DNA of 64,000 nucleotides, taken from contig NIVC01000193.1 of assembly GCA_002269645.1 (NCBI GenBank), positions 1 to 64,000 on the forward strand, in the 5' to 3' direction. Of the stretch, positions 23,530-38,500 are shown one piece after another. The translations under genes were made by a program, and so were the position numbers. This DNA comes from Macrostomum lignano (taxonomy: Eukaryota). Each line of letters opens with the position of its first letter. Positions within the stretch are counted from its first letter, which is position 1. The notes beneath the pieces are model-generated. The model was not told the origin of the DNA. It did no database searches and saw only the letters and a list, made by a program, of their open reading frames with translations.

Positions 23530-26500
23530 ATGGCTGAGCCAGGTCAGAAAGAGGTGAAAATCCTCGAAACTGTCGATGACATTCAAGGCCGACGTAATGA
23601 AGTACTTGGCCGGTACAGTGACTTCAAGAAAAAGACAGAGGAGCGCAAGAAAGAGCTTGAAGAAGCCAAGAAATATCAGCTGTTTAAACGCGATGCCGAC
23701 GAGCTGGAGAACTGGATCCTTGAGAAGATCCAAGCTATCAGCGATGACAGCTACACAGATTATAACAGCTTGCAGAGCAAGATCCAGAAGCATCAAGCTA
23801 TTGAAGCCGAGGTCACAGCTCATTCCAACACTCTGCAGAATCTTGACGCCACTGGCAAGACTATGATTGACGATGGTCACGCCAAGAGTGACGAGGTTGG
23901 CAAACGCCTTGAAGAGCTGCACGATCTTTGGGACAAGCTGATGAAGCTGCTGCAAGAGAAGGGTCGCAAGCTGCAGCAGGCTCTTGAGTACTTTCAGTTT
24001 CTGCGCGAGGCTGATAATGTGCTTAATTGGATCAAGCTCAAGCAGGAGTACGTTGAAAGCAACGATTTCGATGCAGTGGATGAGAAAGACATGGACGTTG
24101 TTGAACAGCAGCAAAAGATGTTCGACGAGTTCATGCTTGACCTGCAGCACCAGGAGCAGCGAGTCGAAGAGGTTGGCAACGCGGCCGACAAGCTCATCCG
24201 CGAGGAGCATCCCGAGGAGCAGAGAATTACCAACAAAAAAGACGAACTTGCAGAGGCGATGCGCCGTCTTAAAGAGAAGGCCTCTCGCAAGCAGCAGCGC
24301 CTGTTTGAAAAGTACGAAGTGACTAAATATTACCGAGACGCCATGGAAACTGAGAATTGGATCAATGAGAAAGACGCTTCATTGTCTAGCGACGATACTG
24401 GCCGCGACCTGCCGTCTATTCAAGCTCTGCAGCGCAAGCACGACGGTCTGGAACGCGATCTGGACGCTTTGCAAAAGAAAGTTGGCAAACTGGTTGAAGC
24501 TGCCGACCAACTGTCGGATAAGTACACTGATCACGCCGACGACTTGAGGCGAACCCGCGACCAGCTTAGCGACAAATGGGAGGCTCTGAAATCGAAAGCG
24601 GCTAAGAGGAAGGCTCGCCTTGATGATGCCTACAATTTGCACCGGTTCTTGACCGACTCCAGGGAGCTGGCATCCTGGCTGGGCGCTATGAAAAGCGTTG
24701 TTGCCGCGGACAGTCTGGCAAACGATGTGGCTGGCGCAGAGGCCCTGCTAGAGCGAATCTTTGAGCACAAAAATGAAGTTGACGCCCGCAATGAGGCTTA
24801 TGAGAATACACTGCAGCAGGGTCGGGCTCTTCTCGATGGTAAGTTATTGTCGGTGTTGGGTAGGTTAACAGTGATGGCAATTGCAATGGTGATGGGTTAG
24901 CTGATATCTGATAGTTGTTATAATAACGTGTTTAGGCACCAGGTGATGTACCAGGTTCTAGATAACGAGAAGTTAAGTAAGGTAGAAAGGCGCCACGTGA
25001 TGTAATGAGGCGGTAGGTAAAATGAGGCGCCAGGTAATTAAACAATGAGGTTCCAGGTAGAATGTGGCGCAGATGAACCAATTAGGCGCCAGGTGAAACA
25101 ATGAGGTTCCAGGTAGAATGTGGCGCAGATGAAACAATGGGGCGCCAGGTGAAACAATGAGGTTCCAGGTAAAATGAGGCTCCGTGTGAGATGATGAGGT
25201 GTCGTGTGAGATGATGAGGTGTCCTGTGAGATGATGAGGTGTCGTGTGAGATGATGAGGCGCCATATGAGATTATGAGGCGCCAATTTAGTGATGATAGA
25301 ATAGGGCACTGAGCCATAGTCAATCGTTATCATTACAATAAAAAATTGCCATTAGGTGACCACGCGGCGAAAGACGAGGTGGCGGAACGAATGGAGCTCC
25401 TGACCAAAGAGAAGAAGGAAGTGGACGATCTGATTGAAACAAAGGAGCTGGAGTACAAACAGTGCATGGATCTGCAGCTGTTCTACAGAGACTCTGACCA
25501 ACTTGAGTCTTGGATTAACAAGCAGGAGGCATTCCTGGATAACAAAGATGTTGGCGACTCAATGGACACCGTTGAAGCTCTGATCAGCAAACAGGAAGAC
25601 TTTGAAAAGTCTCTGGCAGCTCAGCAGCAGAAGATTACCCTAGTTGACGAGCATGCCAACAATCTGATCTCTAGCAAGCACTACGCTGTTGACGATATTA
25701 GCAAACGGAACAAAGACCTCCAGGTGAAATGGGAGCACCTGTTGGAGAAGGCCAAGAAGCGCAAGGCTGCCCTGGATGAGTCGCGCAATTATCAAACCTT
25801 CGACCGGGACGCTGACGAGATGAAGTCTTGGATTGCGGAGAAACTGAAGCACGCCACGGATGAGAACTACAAAGATCCGTCTAACCTGCAGAGCAAACTG
25901 CAGAAGCATCAGAACTTCAAGGTTTGTCTGAGTGTTTGTTTTGTATCTTGGAGGGGGGGATTGTTGATAGATTAAGAGCTTGAAGGTTTAGAAAGCTGTG
26001 TTATGTTTCTTCTGTATCTTCTTAGTAAGTTCAATTAAAACTTCAGGTAGACAGTCATAGAGTCGGATGGGGCCTATTACTAGAGATAGGGGTTCTTAAG
26101 AGTCAGCTGTGGGTTGTTAGGAGTCAGCTGAGCTGATGTTATTTAAAGTCAGAGGGGGGTCATTAAGAGTCAGGTGTGAGTCATTAGAGTCAGATGGTGG
26201 TCATTAAGAGTCAGGTGTGAGTCATTAGAGTCGGATGGTGGTCATTAAGAGTCAGTTGATGTTATATAGAGTCAGGGGGGGTCATTAAGACTCAGCTGAT
26301 GTTATATAGAGTCAGGGGGGGGGGTCATTAAGACTCAGCTGATGTTATATAGAGTCAGGGGGTCATTAAGAGTCAGTTGATGTTATATAGAGTCAGGGGG
26401 TCATTAAGAGACAGCTGTGGGTCATTAAGAGTCAGTTGATGTTATATAGAGTCAGGGGGTCATTAAGAGTCAGCTGTGGGTCATTAAGAGTCAGTTGATG

Positions 26501-29500
26501 TTATATAGAGTCAGGGGGTCATTAAGAGTTAGCTGTGGGTCATTAAGAGTCAGTTGATGTTATTTAGAGTCAGCTGTGGGTCATCAAAAGTCAGCTGTGG
26601 GTCATCAAGAGTCAGCTGTGGGTCATTAAGAGTCAGCTGTGGGTCATTAAGAGTCAGCTGTGGGTCATCAAGAGTCAGCTGTGGGTCATCAAGAGTCAGC
26701 TGTGGGTCATCAAGAGTCAGCTGTGGGTCATTAAAATCAGGCGGTGGTCATTAAGTTTGATGAGTCAGATCAGAGAGTCAAACGGGAGTCACAGGAAGTG
26801 TCCGTGAAGGATTTGGAACTGTCTACATGTAGATAAACAGACGATTAAAAACACACCGTAGTCTGACCCCTCTGACCCTCACCCAGGCCGAAGTGATCGC
26901 CAACGACAAGCGCCTCCAAGCTTTGAAGAAATTCGGCGAAGAACTTCTCGCCAACGAGCACGCCAACGCTGACAACATTGGCGAGAGAATCGCCGAACTT
27001 GACGAGATGTGGAATCGCCTGCTGGCTGAGATGGAGAACAAGAACACTAAGCTTGAGCAGGCCAACGATCAGCTGCAGTTCACTAGGAATATTGAAGATT
27101 TCGAAATGTGGCTGACCGAGACTGAAGGCCAGCTGATGTCAGAGGACACCGGCTTGAACTTGGACGCTGTTGCCAATCTGCAGAAGAAGCACAATCTGCT
27201 AGAAGCAGACATTGCCGCCCACCAGGATCGGGTGCAATATTTTGCCAAGAAGGCGGACGAGTTCGAAGACAGCGGTCATTTCGATGCTGATAAGATCCGA
27301 GCCAGACAGCGCGAAGTGGATCAGCGGTACGCGGCCATGCAGGAGCCGCTGCAGAAGCGCAAGGAGCGTCTGGCCGCTGCGCACAAACTGCACCAGCTGC
27401 TCAGGGATATCGAGGATGAGGAGGACTGGATTAGGGAGAAGGAGGCTCTGGCTGCCAGCACTAATAGGGGTGAGTCAGCTTTCTTTTGAAGATTCTTTTT
27501 TTTTTTTTATGGTGAGATTTTTCTAGACCTGTGACTTTTTCATGATTTGTGGTGACATTTTTCATGATTTAAAGAGATTTTTCAAGATTTAGGGTGAGGT
27601 TTTTTTAATGATTTAGGAGGAGATTTTTCATGATTTAGGGTGAGATTTTTTCATGATTTAGGGTTGAGATTTTTTAGGATCTGGGGTGAGACTCTTTCAA
27701 GATTTAGAGTGAGATTTTTCATGATTTGGGGGAGGGATTTCATGATTTGGGGTGAGATTTTTCATGATTTAGGGTGAGATTTTTCAAAATCTGGCAGAGA
27801 TTTTTTATGATTTAGGGTGAGATTTTCAGAATTTAGGATAGGATTTTCATTATTTTGAGTGAGATTCTTTAAGATTAGTGGTGAAATTTTTCATGATTTA
27901 GGTTGAGATTTATTATGATCTGGGGTGAGATTTTTCAAGATTTGTGGTGAGATTTTTCATGATTTAAGGTGAGATTTTTTATGATTTGGGGTGAGATTTT
28001 TCATGATTTAAGGTGAGATTTTTCATTATTTAGGTTTGAGATTTTTTATGATCTGGGATGTGACTCTTTTAAGATTTAGAGTTTTATTTTTCATGACTTG
28101 GAGTGAGATTGTTTTCAAGATTTGGGGTGAGAACTGATAGTCGCGATGACGTTCCATGACCGATTAGCAGCCTTGTATTGCATTGCTGTATTGCACATTC
28201 TGTAGTCTGATATTAGCTCAGGCCCAGCTTGTGAAATATGGCAAATAAACAGCAGTACTATTTACTTAAAAGTGGCTCGGTCATTTTTAGATCATCGTAG
28301 ATCAAAATAATCTGACTAAACTTCACGAGTCGATTTGGGCTAAGCGTGTAATTTCACCCAAGCTTATTATTATAAGCGCGACTCATTTGCGGGTCAGAAC
28401 AACTATTTGCATTGCATTACAGGCCTTTTAGAGCCTTGATGACTGCCGATATGTATCGAAAATGTTAAAAATTGCCGATATGTATCGAAAAGCTCAAAAT
28501 TGCCGATATGTATCGAAAATGCTCAAAATTGCCGATATGTATTGAAAATTCTTAAATTTGCCTATATTTATAGAAACTATATAGAACTGTATTTGTCGAA
28601 ACTACTCAAAATTATTGATATGTATCAGAACTGTTATATAAAACCTGCCGATATGTATCGAAATGATTAATGCAACACTGCACAAATCAAACGGTAATAA
28701 AAATGTCGCCAAACCGACTCTCCCCGCTTTAGGCCGCGACCTAATCGGCGTGCAAAGCCTGATGAAGCGGCACCAGGCTCTCATCACCGAGCTGGACAAT
28801 CACGAGCCTAGAATTCACGAAGTGGCCACCGAAGGCGAGAACATGGTTGCCGAGGACCACTTTGCCAAGGACGAAATTGCCAGCCGGATTAGCAAGCTGC
28901 GCAATCGCTGGGACCAGCTGCGCCAGAGGGCCGATGACAGGGCCCAGCTGCTGCAGGACTCAATGCAGGCCCAGCAGTACTTTGCCAATGCCAACGAGGC
29001 TGAGATCTGGATGAAGGAGAAGGAACCGCTTGTGTCCAGCATCGATTTCGGCAAAGATGAAGATTCCACCGAGGCGCTGATCAAGAAGCACGAGTCCCTC
29101 ATTGAGGATGTGAAAGCCTACGGTGCTCAGATTGAGCAGCTTCGTGAGCAAGCCGACGGCTGCAAGCTGCGCGAAGCCCCCGTCGCTGACACGTTCGCTC
29201 GCGAGAAAGTTGTCGTCATTCACGACTATGACGGCTACAAAGCTCCCGTGCCCAACCCCATGCCTATCATTGTGCGCAAGAATGAGATCCTGACCCTCAT
29301 TAGCACCAACCACAGTCAGTTCTGGAAGGTTGAGAAGAACGATGGTCAGGGCTACGTGCCTGTGCAGTGCGTGAAGAAGATTGACGCTCCCCTGAGCGAC
29401 AGCCAGGCTCACCTGATTGAACAGAACACCGTGGCTTCCCGGCAGAAGCAGATTGAAGAGCAATACGAACGCCTGCTCAAAGTTGGCAAAGATCGTAGCG

Positions 29501-32500
29501 AGAGACTCAATCAGTCTAATAATGCCTATAAACTGGTGCGCGAGGCCAACGACCTGTCTCAGTGGATTGTGGAGACCGAGACTAAGATTATCGAAGAGGA
29601 GCAGGTCAGTGGTTGTCAGTTTTTTACCTATTTGTAGATTGGTTTGACCGATTTGTAGATTGGTTTGACATATTTGTAGATTGGTTTGACCGATTTTTAG
29701 ATTGGTTTGACCGATTTTTAGATTGTTTTGACCGATTTTTAGATTAGTTTCACCGATATTTAGATTGATTTGACCAATTCTTAGATTGGTTTGACTGATC
29801 TGTAGATTGTATTGATCAGTTGTAAAGTTACAAAATAATTATCCATCCCAATCGCAGGAGGAAGTATTCGACAAAGTCGAAGAGCAGCAGAAGCGTTTCA
29901 ACGAGATGCTAAAAAGCAAAGAAGACAAAAAGAAGAAGATCGAAGATCTGAAAGCCGTGGCGGACCAGCTGACTCTGCTAGGCCAGACTGAGGCTGTCGA
30001 GAAGATCACTACTCAAGTTGAGAACCTCAGCCAGCGCTGGACAGCCCTGGACTCCATGACCCAGGAGAAGGCCAACCAGCTGGAGAAGTGCCACGCTGTT
30101 CAGCTGTTCCATCGCGACCTTGACGAGACCGCCGAATGGATCAACGAGAAGGAGATGGCCGTCTCCATTGACGATGTTGGCAAAGACCTGCCGTCTGTGC
30201 AGCGGCTCCGGCGCAAGCACGGCGCTCTGGAGCGCGATCTCAACGCGCTGGACGAGCGAATCCGCGATCTGGATGCCAAGGCCTCCCAGCTGACCAAGGA
30301 GCACCCAGAGGAGATGAACGCCATCACTGATCACCTGGACGAGGTGTTGGGCAAGTGGCGCGATCTCACTAGCAGAGCCGATATGCGCAAGACTAAACTG
30401 GAGGCCTCCGAGGAGCTGCAGCGGTTCATGGCTGATTACAGGTGAGTCTGCTCTGCTATTGCAGACTGCTTAGTAGATTGGATTGAACAGTTTGCAAATT
30501 GGATTAATCAGTTTGTAAATTGGATTGATCAGTTTGCTGATCGGATTAAACAGTTTGCTGATTGGATTGATCAGTCTACAGATTGGATTGATCAGTCTAC
30601 AAATTGAATTTATCAGTTTGCAGATTGAATTTTTCAGTTTGCAGATTGAATGGATCAGTTTGCAGATTGGATTGATCAGTTTGCAGATTGGATTGATCAG
30701 TTTGCAGATTGGATTGATCAGTTTGCAGATTGGATTGATTAGTTTGCAGATTGGCTTGAACTGTCAACATCTATTATGCAGCAGTTTAAACAAATGGCAT
30801 TTCAATTGCAGAGACCTGAAGTCCTGGATCGACACCATGATGGCTTTGGTGTCCTCAGATGAACTGGCTCACGACATCACCAGCGCCGAGGCCCTTCTTG
30901 AAAGACATTCGGTAAGCTGGTGTTCAAAGCAGTTTTTATCCATTCTCAAAAATATAATTAAAAAGCATATTGTGTGTTTCCTTGAGCCATAACTGTTATT
31001 TTGGTGTCAATTGTGTTCCTTTGTTCCGGTATCAGGATTTGCTAATAAGTAATTCACATTAATGTTTTTTGTATAATTGTATTAATTTTAATTATTCGTA
31101 TTGTTTATGTAATTGTAACTCATCACTTACATTCTCTCAATGTAAGCAAAATTGGCAACACTTTCAAATTGCACTTTAACCAGCCTAAAATAAACCGTAC
31201 TAAGAAATTAATCTTAATAATTGATTGTTAATAATTAATAACGCTTTTATAACAACAATGCACAGTCGAGTTCCTGCACTTTTTTGTTTAGTTTGCAACA
31301 AAGAGCATTAATAACGTGGCTGAGCCTGAATTTCCCTAATCATGGCTTCAATGGCGCTTATTTTTCACTACCAATTGTTCGTGCGTTTTTATCTAAATTC
31401 TAATCTAATCTGAAGTCTAATCTAATAATTAATAATTAATTGTGTGCAGGACTTGGCTGCTGAGATCAGTAGCCGCATTGCCGAACTGGCACCGCCCGAG
31501 GTACTTCGATCGGAATTTAAGAAAAAGCACCGCTATTTATCGTATAAGACCGTTTCAGAATGCATATATGATAAACCTTTATCAGTCAGTTTATTATCTA
31601 CTACTCAAACCCGGATCATAAATATCCTATATCAGTTTGTACTTTTTCATATTTATATTTTTCGCTTTAATCCTAGTCTTAGTGTCTGTCTGGTTCCACG
31701 TCATCAGGCTTCAAAATGGGTCATCCCCAGCCTCCCAGATCCTCAGTTGCTGGGCCAGCCTCCCAGATCATCAGTTGCTGGGCCAGCCTCCCAGATCCTC
31801 AGTTACTGGGCCAGCCTCCCAGATCCTCAGTTGCTGGGCCAGCCTCCCAGAGTGTCAGTTGCTGGGCCAGCCTCCCAGATCCTCAGTTGCTGGGCCAGCC
31901 TCCCAGATCCTCAGTTGCTGGGCCAGCCTCCCAGATCCTCAGTTGCTGGGCCAGCCTCCCAGATCCTCAGTTTCTAGGTCAGTCTCCCAGATCCTCAGTC
32001 CTCAATACTCAGTTGCTAGGTCAGCTTCCCAGATCCTCAGTTGCTAGGTCAGTCTCCCAGATCCCCAGTCCTCAATACTCAGTTGCTAGGTCAGCCTCCC
32101 AGATCCTCAGTTGCTGGGCCAGCCTCCCAGATCCTCAGTTGATAGGTCAGCCTCCCAGATCCTCAGTTGCTAGGTCAGTCTCCCAGATCCCCAGTCCTCA
32201 ATACTCAGTTGCTGGGTCAGCTTCCCAGATCCTCAGTTGCTAGGTCAGTCTCCCAGATCCCCAGTCCTCAATACTCAGTTGCTAGGTCAGCCTCCCAGAT
32301 CCTCAGTTGCTGGGCCAGCCTCCCAGATCCTCAGTTGATAGGTCAGCCTCCCAGATCCTCAGTTGCTAGGTCAGTCTCCCAGATCCCCAGTCCTCAATAC
32401 TCAGTTGCTGGGTCAGCTTCCCAGATCCTCAGTTGCTAGGTCAGTCTCCCAGATCCCCAGTCCTCAATACTCAGTTGCTAGGTCAGCCTCCCAGATCCTC

Positions 32501-35500
32501 AGTTGCTGGGCCAGCCTCCCAGATCCTCAGTTGCTAGGTCAGCTTCCCAGATCCTCAGTTGCTAGGTCAGTCTCCCAGATCCCCAGTCCTCAATACTCAG
32601 TTGCTAGGTCAGCCTCCCAGATCCTCAGTTGCTAGGTCAGCCTCCCAGATCCTCAGTTGCTAGGTCAGCCTCCCAGATCCTCAGTTGCTAGGTCAGCCTC
32701 CCAGATCCTCAGTTGCTAGGTCAGCCTCCCAGATCCTCAGTTGCTAGGTCAGTCTCCCAGATCCTCAGTTGCTAGGTCAGCCTCCCAGATCCTCAGTTGC
32801 TAGGTCAGTCTCCCAGATCCCCAGTCCTCAATACTCAGTTGCTGGGCCACTGCCTCCCAGAGTGTCAGTTGCTGGGCCAGCCTCCCAGATCCTGAAGATC
32901 ATATGTTTATTATCATAAAATTACGCATCTATATTACTTTATGTATACAGATTGCCCCTAAAATGAATTTATTCAATCTTGACAAATCTACCATGCAACC
33001 TGCTTGCCCATATGTACTCCGTATAAATCTCTGTAACCATTGAGCCTACGTAACTATATAATATATATTGAATATAGTTAGTTTAGCCATATTCTAATTA
33101 AAGTTTTCGCCTTGTTAGACTGTAGGAATGCATGACTCAAAAACAGTCTCAAAAGACTGTCTGCTTTGCTGGAGTTTATTTTGTTTTATTTTTTTGAATC
33201 TATTTATGAACTGCGTTAGTAGTGCTATTAGCTATTTTTATTTACTAACCCGATCTGATGCCGTTACTTATCAAGCTGTCACGTGGTCGGACGCGTGTCT
33301 AGTGTTAGTAATTTGCTAACTATTGCTCTGTCTATGTAATGAATTGCAGATTAAAGATGCCAATCTTTTAGACATGACCGCTTGCTTGTTGGAAGTAAGC
33401 CTCCCCACACAGTTTAGTTAGTTGAGTTTATTGTAAATATTTTGTTCTCATTTGTTTGATTGATTGATTGACAAACAAGTTCTGTTTTAAATTTTGAAGA
33501 CACTCGATATGTATCGAAATCAGTTGTAGCAACTACCGATATGTATCGAAATCAGTTATAGCAACTACCGATATGTATCGAAATCAGTTATAGCAACTGC
33601 CGATATGTATAGAAATCAGTTATAGCAACTACAGATATGTATCTAAATCAGTTATAGCAACTACCGATATGTATCGAAATCAGTTATAGCAACTACCGAT
33701 ATGTATCGAAATCAGTTATAGCAACTACCGATATGTATCGAAATCAGTTATAGCAACCGCCGATATGTATCGAAATCAGTTATAGCAACTACCGATATGT
33801 ATCGAAATCAGTTATAGCAACTACCGATATGTATCGAAATCAGTTATAGCAACTACCGATATGTATCGAAATCAGTTATAGCAACCGCCGATATGTATCG
33901 AAATCAGTTATAGCAACTACCGATATGTATCAAAATCAGTTATAGCAACCGCCGATATGTATCGAAATCAGTTATAGCAACTGCTGATGTGTATCGAAAT
34001 CAGTTATTAAAACTGTCGATATGTATAGAAATCAGTTATAGCAACTGCCGATATGTATAGAAATCAGTTATAGCAACTGCCGATATGTATCGAAATCAGT
34101 TATTAAAACCGCCGATATGTATAGAAATCAGTTATAGCAACTGCCGATATGTATTGAAACGAGTTGTCAATAACTGCCGATATGTATCGAAAGTATAAAA
34201 TAGTTATCATGCTTATTGCATAGCAGTGCAAGTAAATCCTTCACAATTTTGTTGCTGAAAATGAAGTAGCAATCGTTAAACATTTCGATAAACTCTCTCT
34301 CAGGAGCACAAAGTGGAAATCGAAGCGCGCAAAGGTACGTTTAACAATTTCGAGAACTACGGCAACAGCCTGCTGGACCGGGGTCACTACGCCTCGGACG
34401 AGATCAAAGAGCGAATGGAGGAGCTGGCTAAACTGCAGAAACAGCTGGGCACTTCCTGGGAGGAGCGGAGCAAAATTCTAGGAGAGAATCTGGACCTGCA
34501 GTACTACCTGCGCGAGTGCGAGCAGCTGGAGGAGTGGATGACCATCCGCGAAGGCTCCATCAAGCAGGCCGACAGCGCTGTTGACGGCGACAAAACCGTC
34601 GATGTGCTGATGAAGAAGCACGAGGATCTGGACAGGGCTATCAAGATCCAGGAGGACAAGATTAAAACCATGGTGGCCCAGGCCGACTCCCTGCGCAACA
34701 GTGAGCATTACGACAGCGACGGCATTGAGAACAAGAAGCAGGAGGTGCTGGCCAGATGGGGCTCGCTAAAGAAGGCTATGGAAGCTGACCGAGCCAAGCT
34801 GGGCGATGTTCGCAATCTGCAAGACTTCATCCGCGATGCCGAGGAGATGAACATCTGGATCAATGAGAAGCTGCAGTCGGTTGGTGACGATTCCTACAAG
34901 GACAGCGCCAAGATTGCCAATGTGCAGGCCAAGTACCAGAAGCATCAGGCGTTTGTGGCCGAGCTGGCCGCGAATGCCGACCGGCTGAGGGGCGTCGTGG
35001 AGAATGGCCAGAGTGAGTTCGTGTTCGTTTGTTGAAAATTGTGCGAATAAAGCTCCTATATGGGAATGAAATCATAATTTGTGTGAATGAAACTATAATA
35101 TGCGTAAATGAAACTAGAATTTGTGTGAATGAAACCATAAATTTTGTAAATGAAGCTATAATTTGTGTGAAGAATGAAGCCATGTGTGAAAGATACCATA
35201 ATTTGTGTGAATGAAGCCATAATGTGTGAATGAAACTATAATATGCGTAAATGAAAGTAGAATTTGTGTGAATGAAGCCACTTTTTTTGTGAATGAAACC
35301 ATAAATTTAGTAAATGAAGCTATAATTTGTGTGAATGAAGCCATGTGTGAATGAAACCATAATTTGTGTGAATGAAACTATAATTTGTGTGAATGAAACT
35401 ATGATTTGTGTGAATGAAACCATAAATTTTGCGAATGAAGCCATGTGTGAATGAAACCATAATTTGTGTGAATGAAACTATAATTTGTGTAAATGAAACT

Positions 35501-38500
35501 ATGATTTGTGTGAATGAAACCATAAATTTTGCGAATGAAGCCATGTGTGAATGAAACCATAATTTGTGTGAATGAAACCGTGTGTGAATGAAACCATAAT
35601 TTGTGTGAATGAAACCATAAATTTTGTGAATGAAGCCATGTGTGAATGAAACCATAATTTGTGTGAATGAAACTGATTTGTGTGAATGAAACCATAATTT
35701 GTGTGAATGAAACCATAAATTTTGTGAATGAAGCCATGTGTGAATAAAACCATAAATTTTGTGAATGAAGCCATGTGTGAATGAAACCATAATTTGTGTG
35801 AATGAAACTGATTTGTGTGAATAAAACCATAATTTGTGTGAATGAAACCATAAATTTTGTGAATGAAGCCATGTGTGAATAAAACCATAAATTTTGAGAA
35901 TGAAGCCATGTGTGAATGAAATCATAATTTGTGTGAATGAAATCATAATTTGTGTGAATGAAATCATAATTTGTGTGAATGAAACCATAAATTTTGTGAA
36001 TGAAGCCATGTGTGAATGAAACCATAAATTTTGTGAATGAAACTATAATTTTGTATGAATAAAGCCGTGTAAATTGTGTATAGTGTAAATGAAAATCTAT
36101 TTTGTAAACAGAATCGCCTTTGTGTGAGAGCACAGAGCCCTGTAACTGGGACATCAGATTAAACGCTTTTAGTCTAGCACATGCCCGGTGCCCAGTGCAA
36201 ATGCATTTTTTCAAGCTAAGCTTGTGAATCAGTGAATGAACCCTCCTTCCCTTAGTGTGCGCACAGAGCGTGTTTAGAATAAAAGCTCTTATCTGCTTGC
36301 ATATTACAACCTTTCTTGGCAGTCGCAGGCCTGCTAAATCTGAGATAATGTTTACATTAATGAAATTCACAGTTAGCTGCGAACGTTTAACTGTGTTTTT
36401 TTAACTTCTTTGCATTCCTTTTCTGACCCAGCCAGGAAAGGGCGCTGGCTGACTAATGCTATAAGTTGCCGCCCCCCTTGCTAGCTTGCCTACCATGCAT
36501 TCTAGACCTCTGTGCTTCAGTCTGGTTGCTGTACAGCACTGTACTCTCTGTTCTGTCTGTCTGCCCCTCTAGCCAGATCCACTCGCCTCGCCTCCCAGCA
36601 ATACAAGGCCTAGGAATATAGTAATATAAAATATATCGATCCATGTCTGTCTGCCCTCGCTCGGCTCTTCTGCCTCTTAGCCTGTCTTGCAAAATTTGGT
36701 TACAGAAAATAAGTTAGTTTTCCGCCTTTCGCTAACGCCGCAAAATGTAATTAAATACGCAAAGTTAGCTTTGTTTATTATGCGGAAAGAAAACTATTTA
36801 GTCGGTAGCATTACATTATATTATATAGAATAGCATTGATATTCGCACTACTCTACTGTTAAGTAGGTTACTAGTGCATTTTTCTGCTATAATTTTTCAA
36901 ACAAGAAAAAACTACAAATGACTGTCACACTGTTCTTCATTATCATCATTGAGTTGAGGCTGATTTTATGACAGGTTTGGGCCATGACAGCTGATAAACT
37001 GTCAATCAGATGGAGAAACTTCAAAAGTATTATTCTGGCCACGGAAGTTTAATCGTCCGTGTTAAAATAATGAAGCTAAAAAGTCCCTATCTCCGTAGTG
37101 TATTTCTAAGAAACGAGGTTCATACAGAAACTATTACTCTACTTAGAGTAGGCTATAATAAGCAAGCATTTTACTACTTTTATTTTTTAATAATTTGTCA
37201 TCACCAGAGCTAATCGACAATGGCCAGTGCATGGGCCAGGAGGATGCCGTCAAAGAGCAAGTTGAAAACCTGCAGAACGGCTGGAAAGAGTTGAACAAAC
37301 GGGCGGAGGACAAGAGCGAGAAACTCAACGAAGCTAATCGTCAGGCTGTGTACAATGCCGGCATCAAGGACATCGAATTCTGGCTGGAAGAGACCGAGCA
37401 CGCGCTGGACAATCAGCAGACTGGACGGGACAGCGGCGCCGTTGACGACCTGTTTAACAAGCAGGAGATTCTGCGCGCGGATATCGCCACTCATCAGGAG
37501 CGGATCGCCGATCTGGATCGGTTCGCTCAGGATCCTACCGGCCAGCTGGATCCGGAGGCCGTGCAGGTGCGGACACATTTATTGTCTTAAATGTGGCACC
37601 AAATTGTGTCTTTAATGTGGCGCCGGGTTGTGCCTCTAATGTGGCGCCGGATTGTGTCTCCATGTCGCATCACCCTCCCCATCCAACCCAACCAATGCAG
37701 GAGCGCAAGAACCTCATCAACGATCGCTACGAGAAGATCAAGAAGCTGTGCGACGAGCGCGCCGCTCGCCTGGAGAAAGCCAAGAAGCTGCACGACTTCT
37801 TCCGCAACCTGGACGACGAAGAGGCCTGGATTCGCGAGAAGAAGATTTTGGTGCAGAGCGGCGAACTCGGCCGCGACCTGCTCGGCGTGCAGAATCTGAT
37901 GAAGAAGCACCGCCGATTGGAGGGCGACATTCACGCTCACGAGCCAGCCATCCGCGCCGTGGAAGAGGAAGGTCACCGGCTCATTGCCGAGGGCAAAGTT
38001 GAGGATCCGGCTGAGATTGAGAACCGGCTGCGGAAGCAGGCTGAGAACTGGGAGGAGCTCAAGGAGCTGGCAGCTGAGAGAGCTCGCAAGCTGGACCAGT
38101 CTGTCAAGTGAGTGGCTGGTTTGTGCTTTGGGGTTGGGACAGCTGAGAGGCAGATTGGGGTAGCTGAGAGGCAGATTGGGACAGCTGAGAGGCAGATTGG
38201 GACAGCTGAGAGGCAGATTGGGACAGCTGAGAGGCAGATTGGGGCAGCTGAGAGGCAGATTGGGGTAGCTGAGAGGCAGATTGGGACAGCTGAGAGGCAG
38301 ATTGGGACAGCTGAGAGGCAGATTGGGACAGCTGAGAGGCAGATTGGGGCAGCTGAGAGGCAGATTGGGGCATTGCAGAGGCAGATTGGGGCATTGCAGA
38401 GGCAGATTGGGACAGCTGAGAGGCAGATTGGGGTAGCTGAGAGGCAGATTGGGACAGCTGAGAGGCAGATTGGGGTAGCTGAGAGGCAGATTGGGACAGC

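Noticed and set aside
28443-34190. Reverse complement of TTGCCGATATGTATCGAAA as a hammerhead 3' half (similar to GAAATATCGGCAA)
   Set aside because: It has GATA instead of GAAA and no CUGANGA partner nearby.
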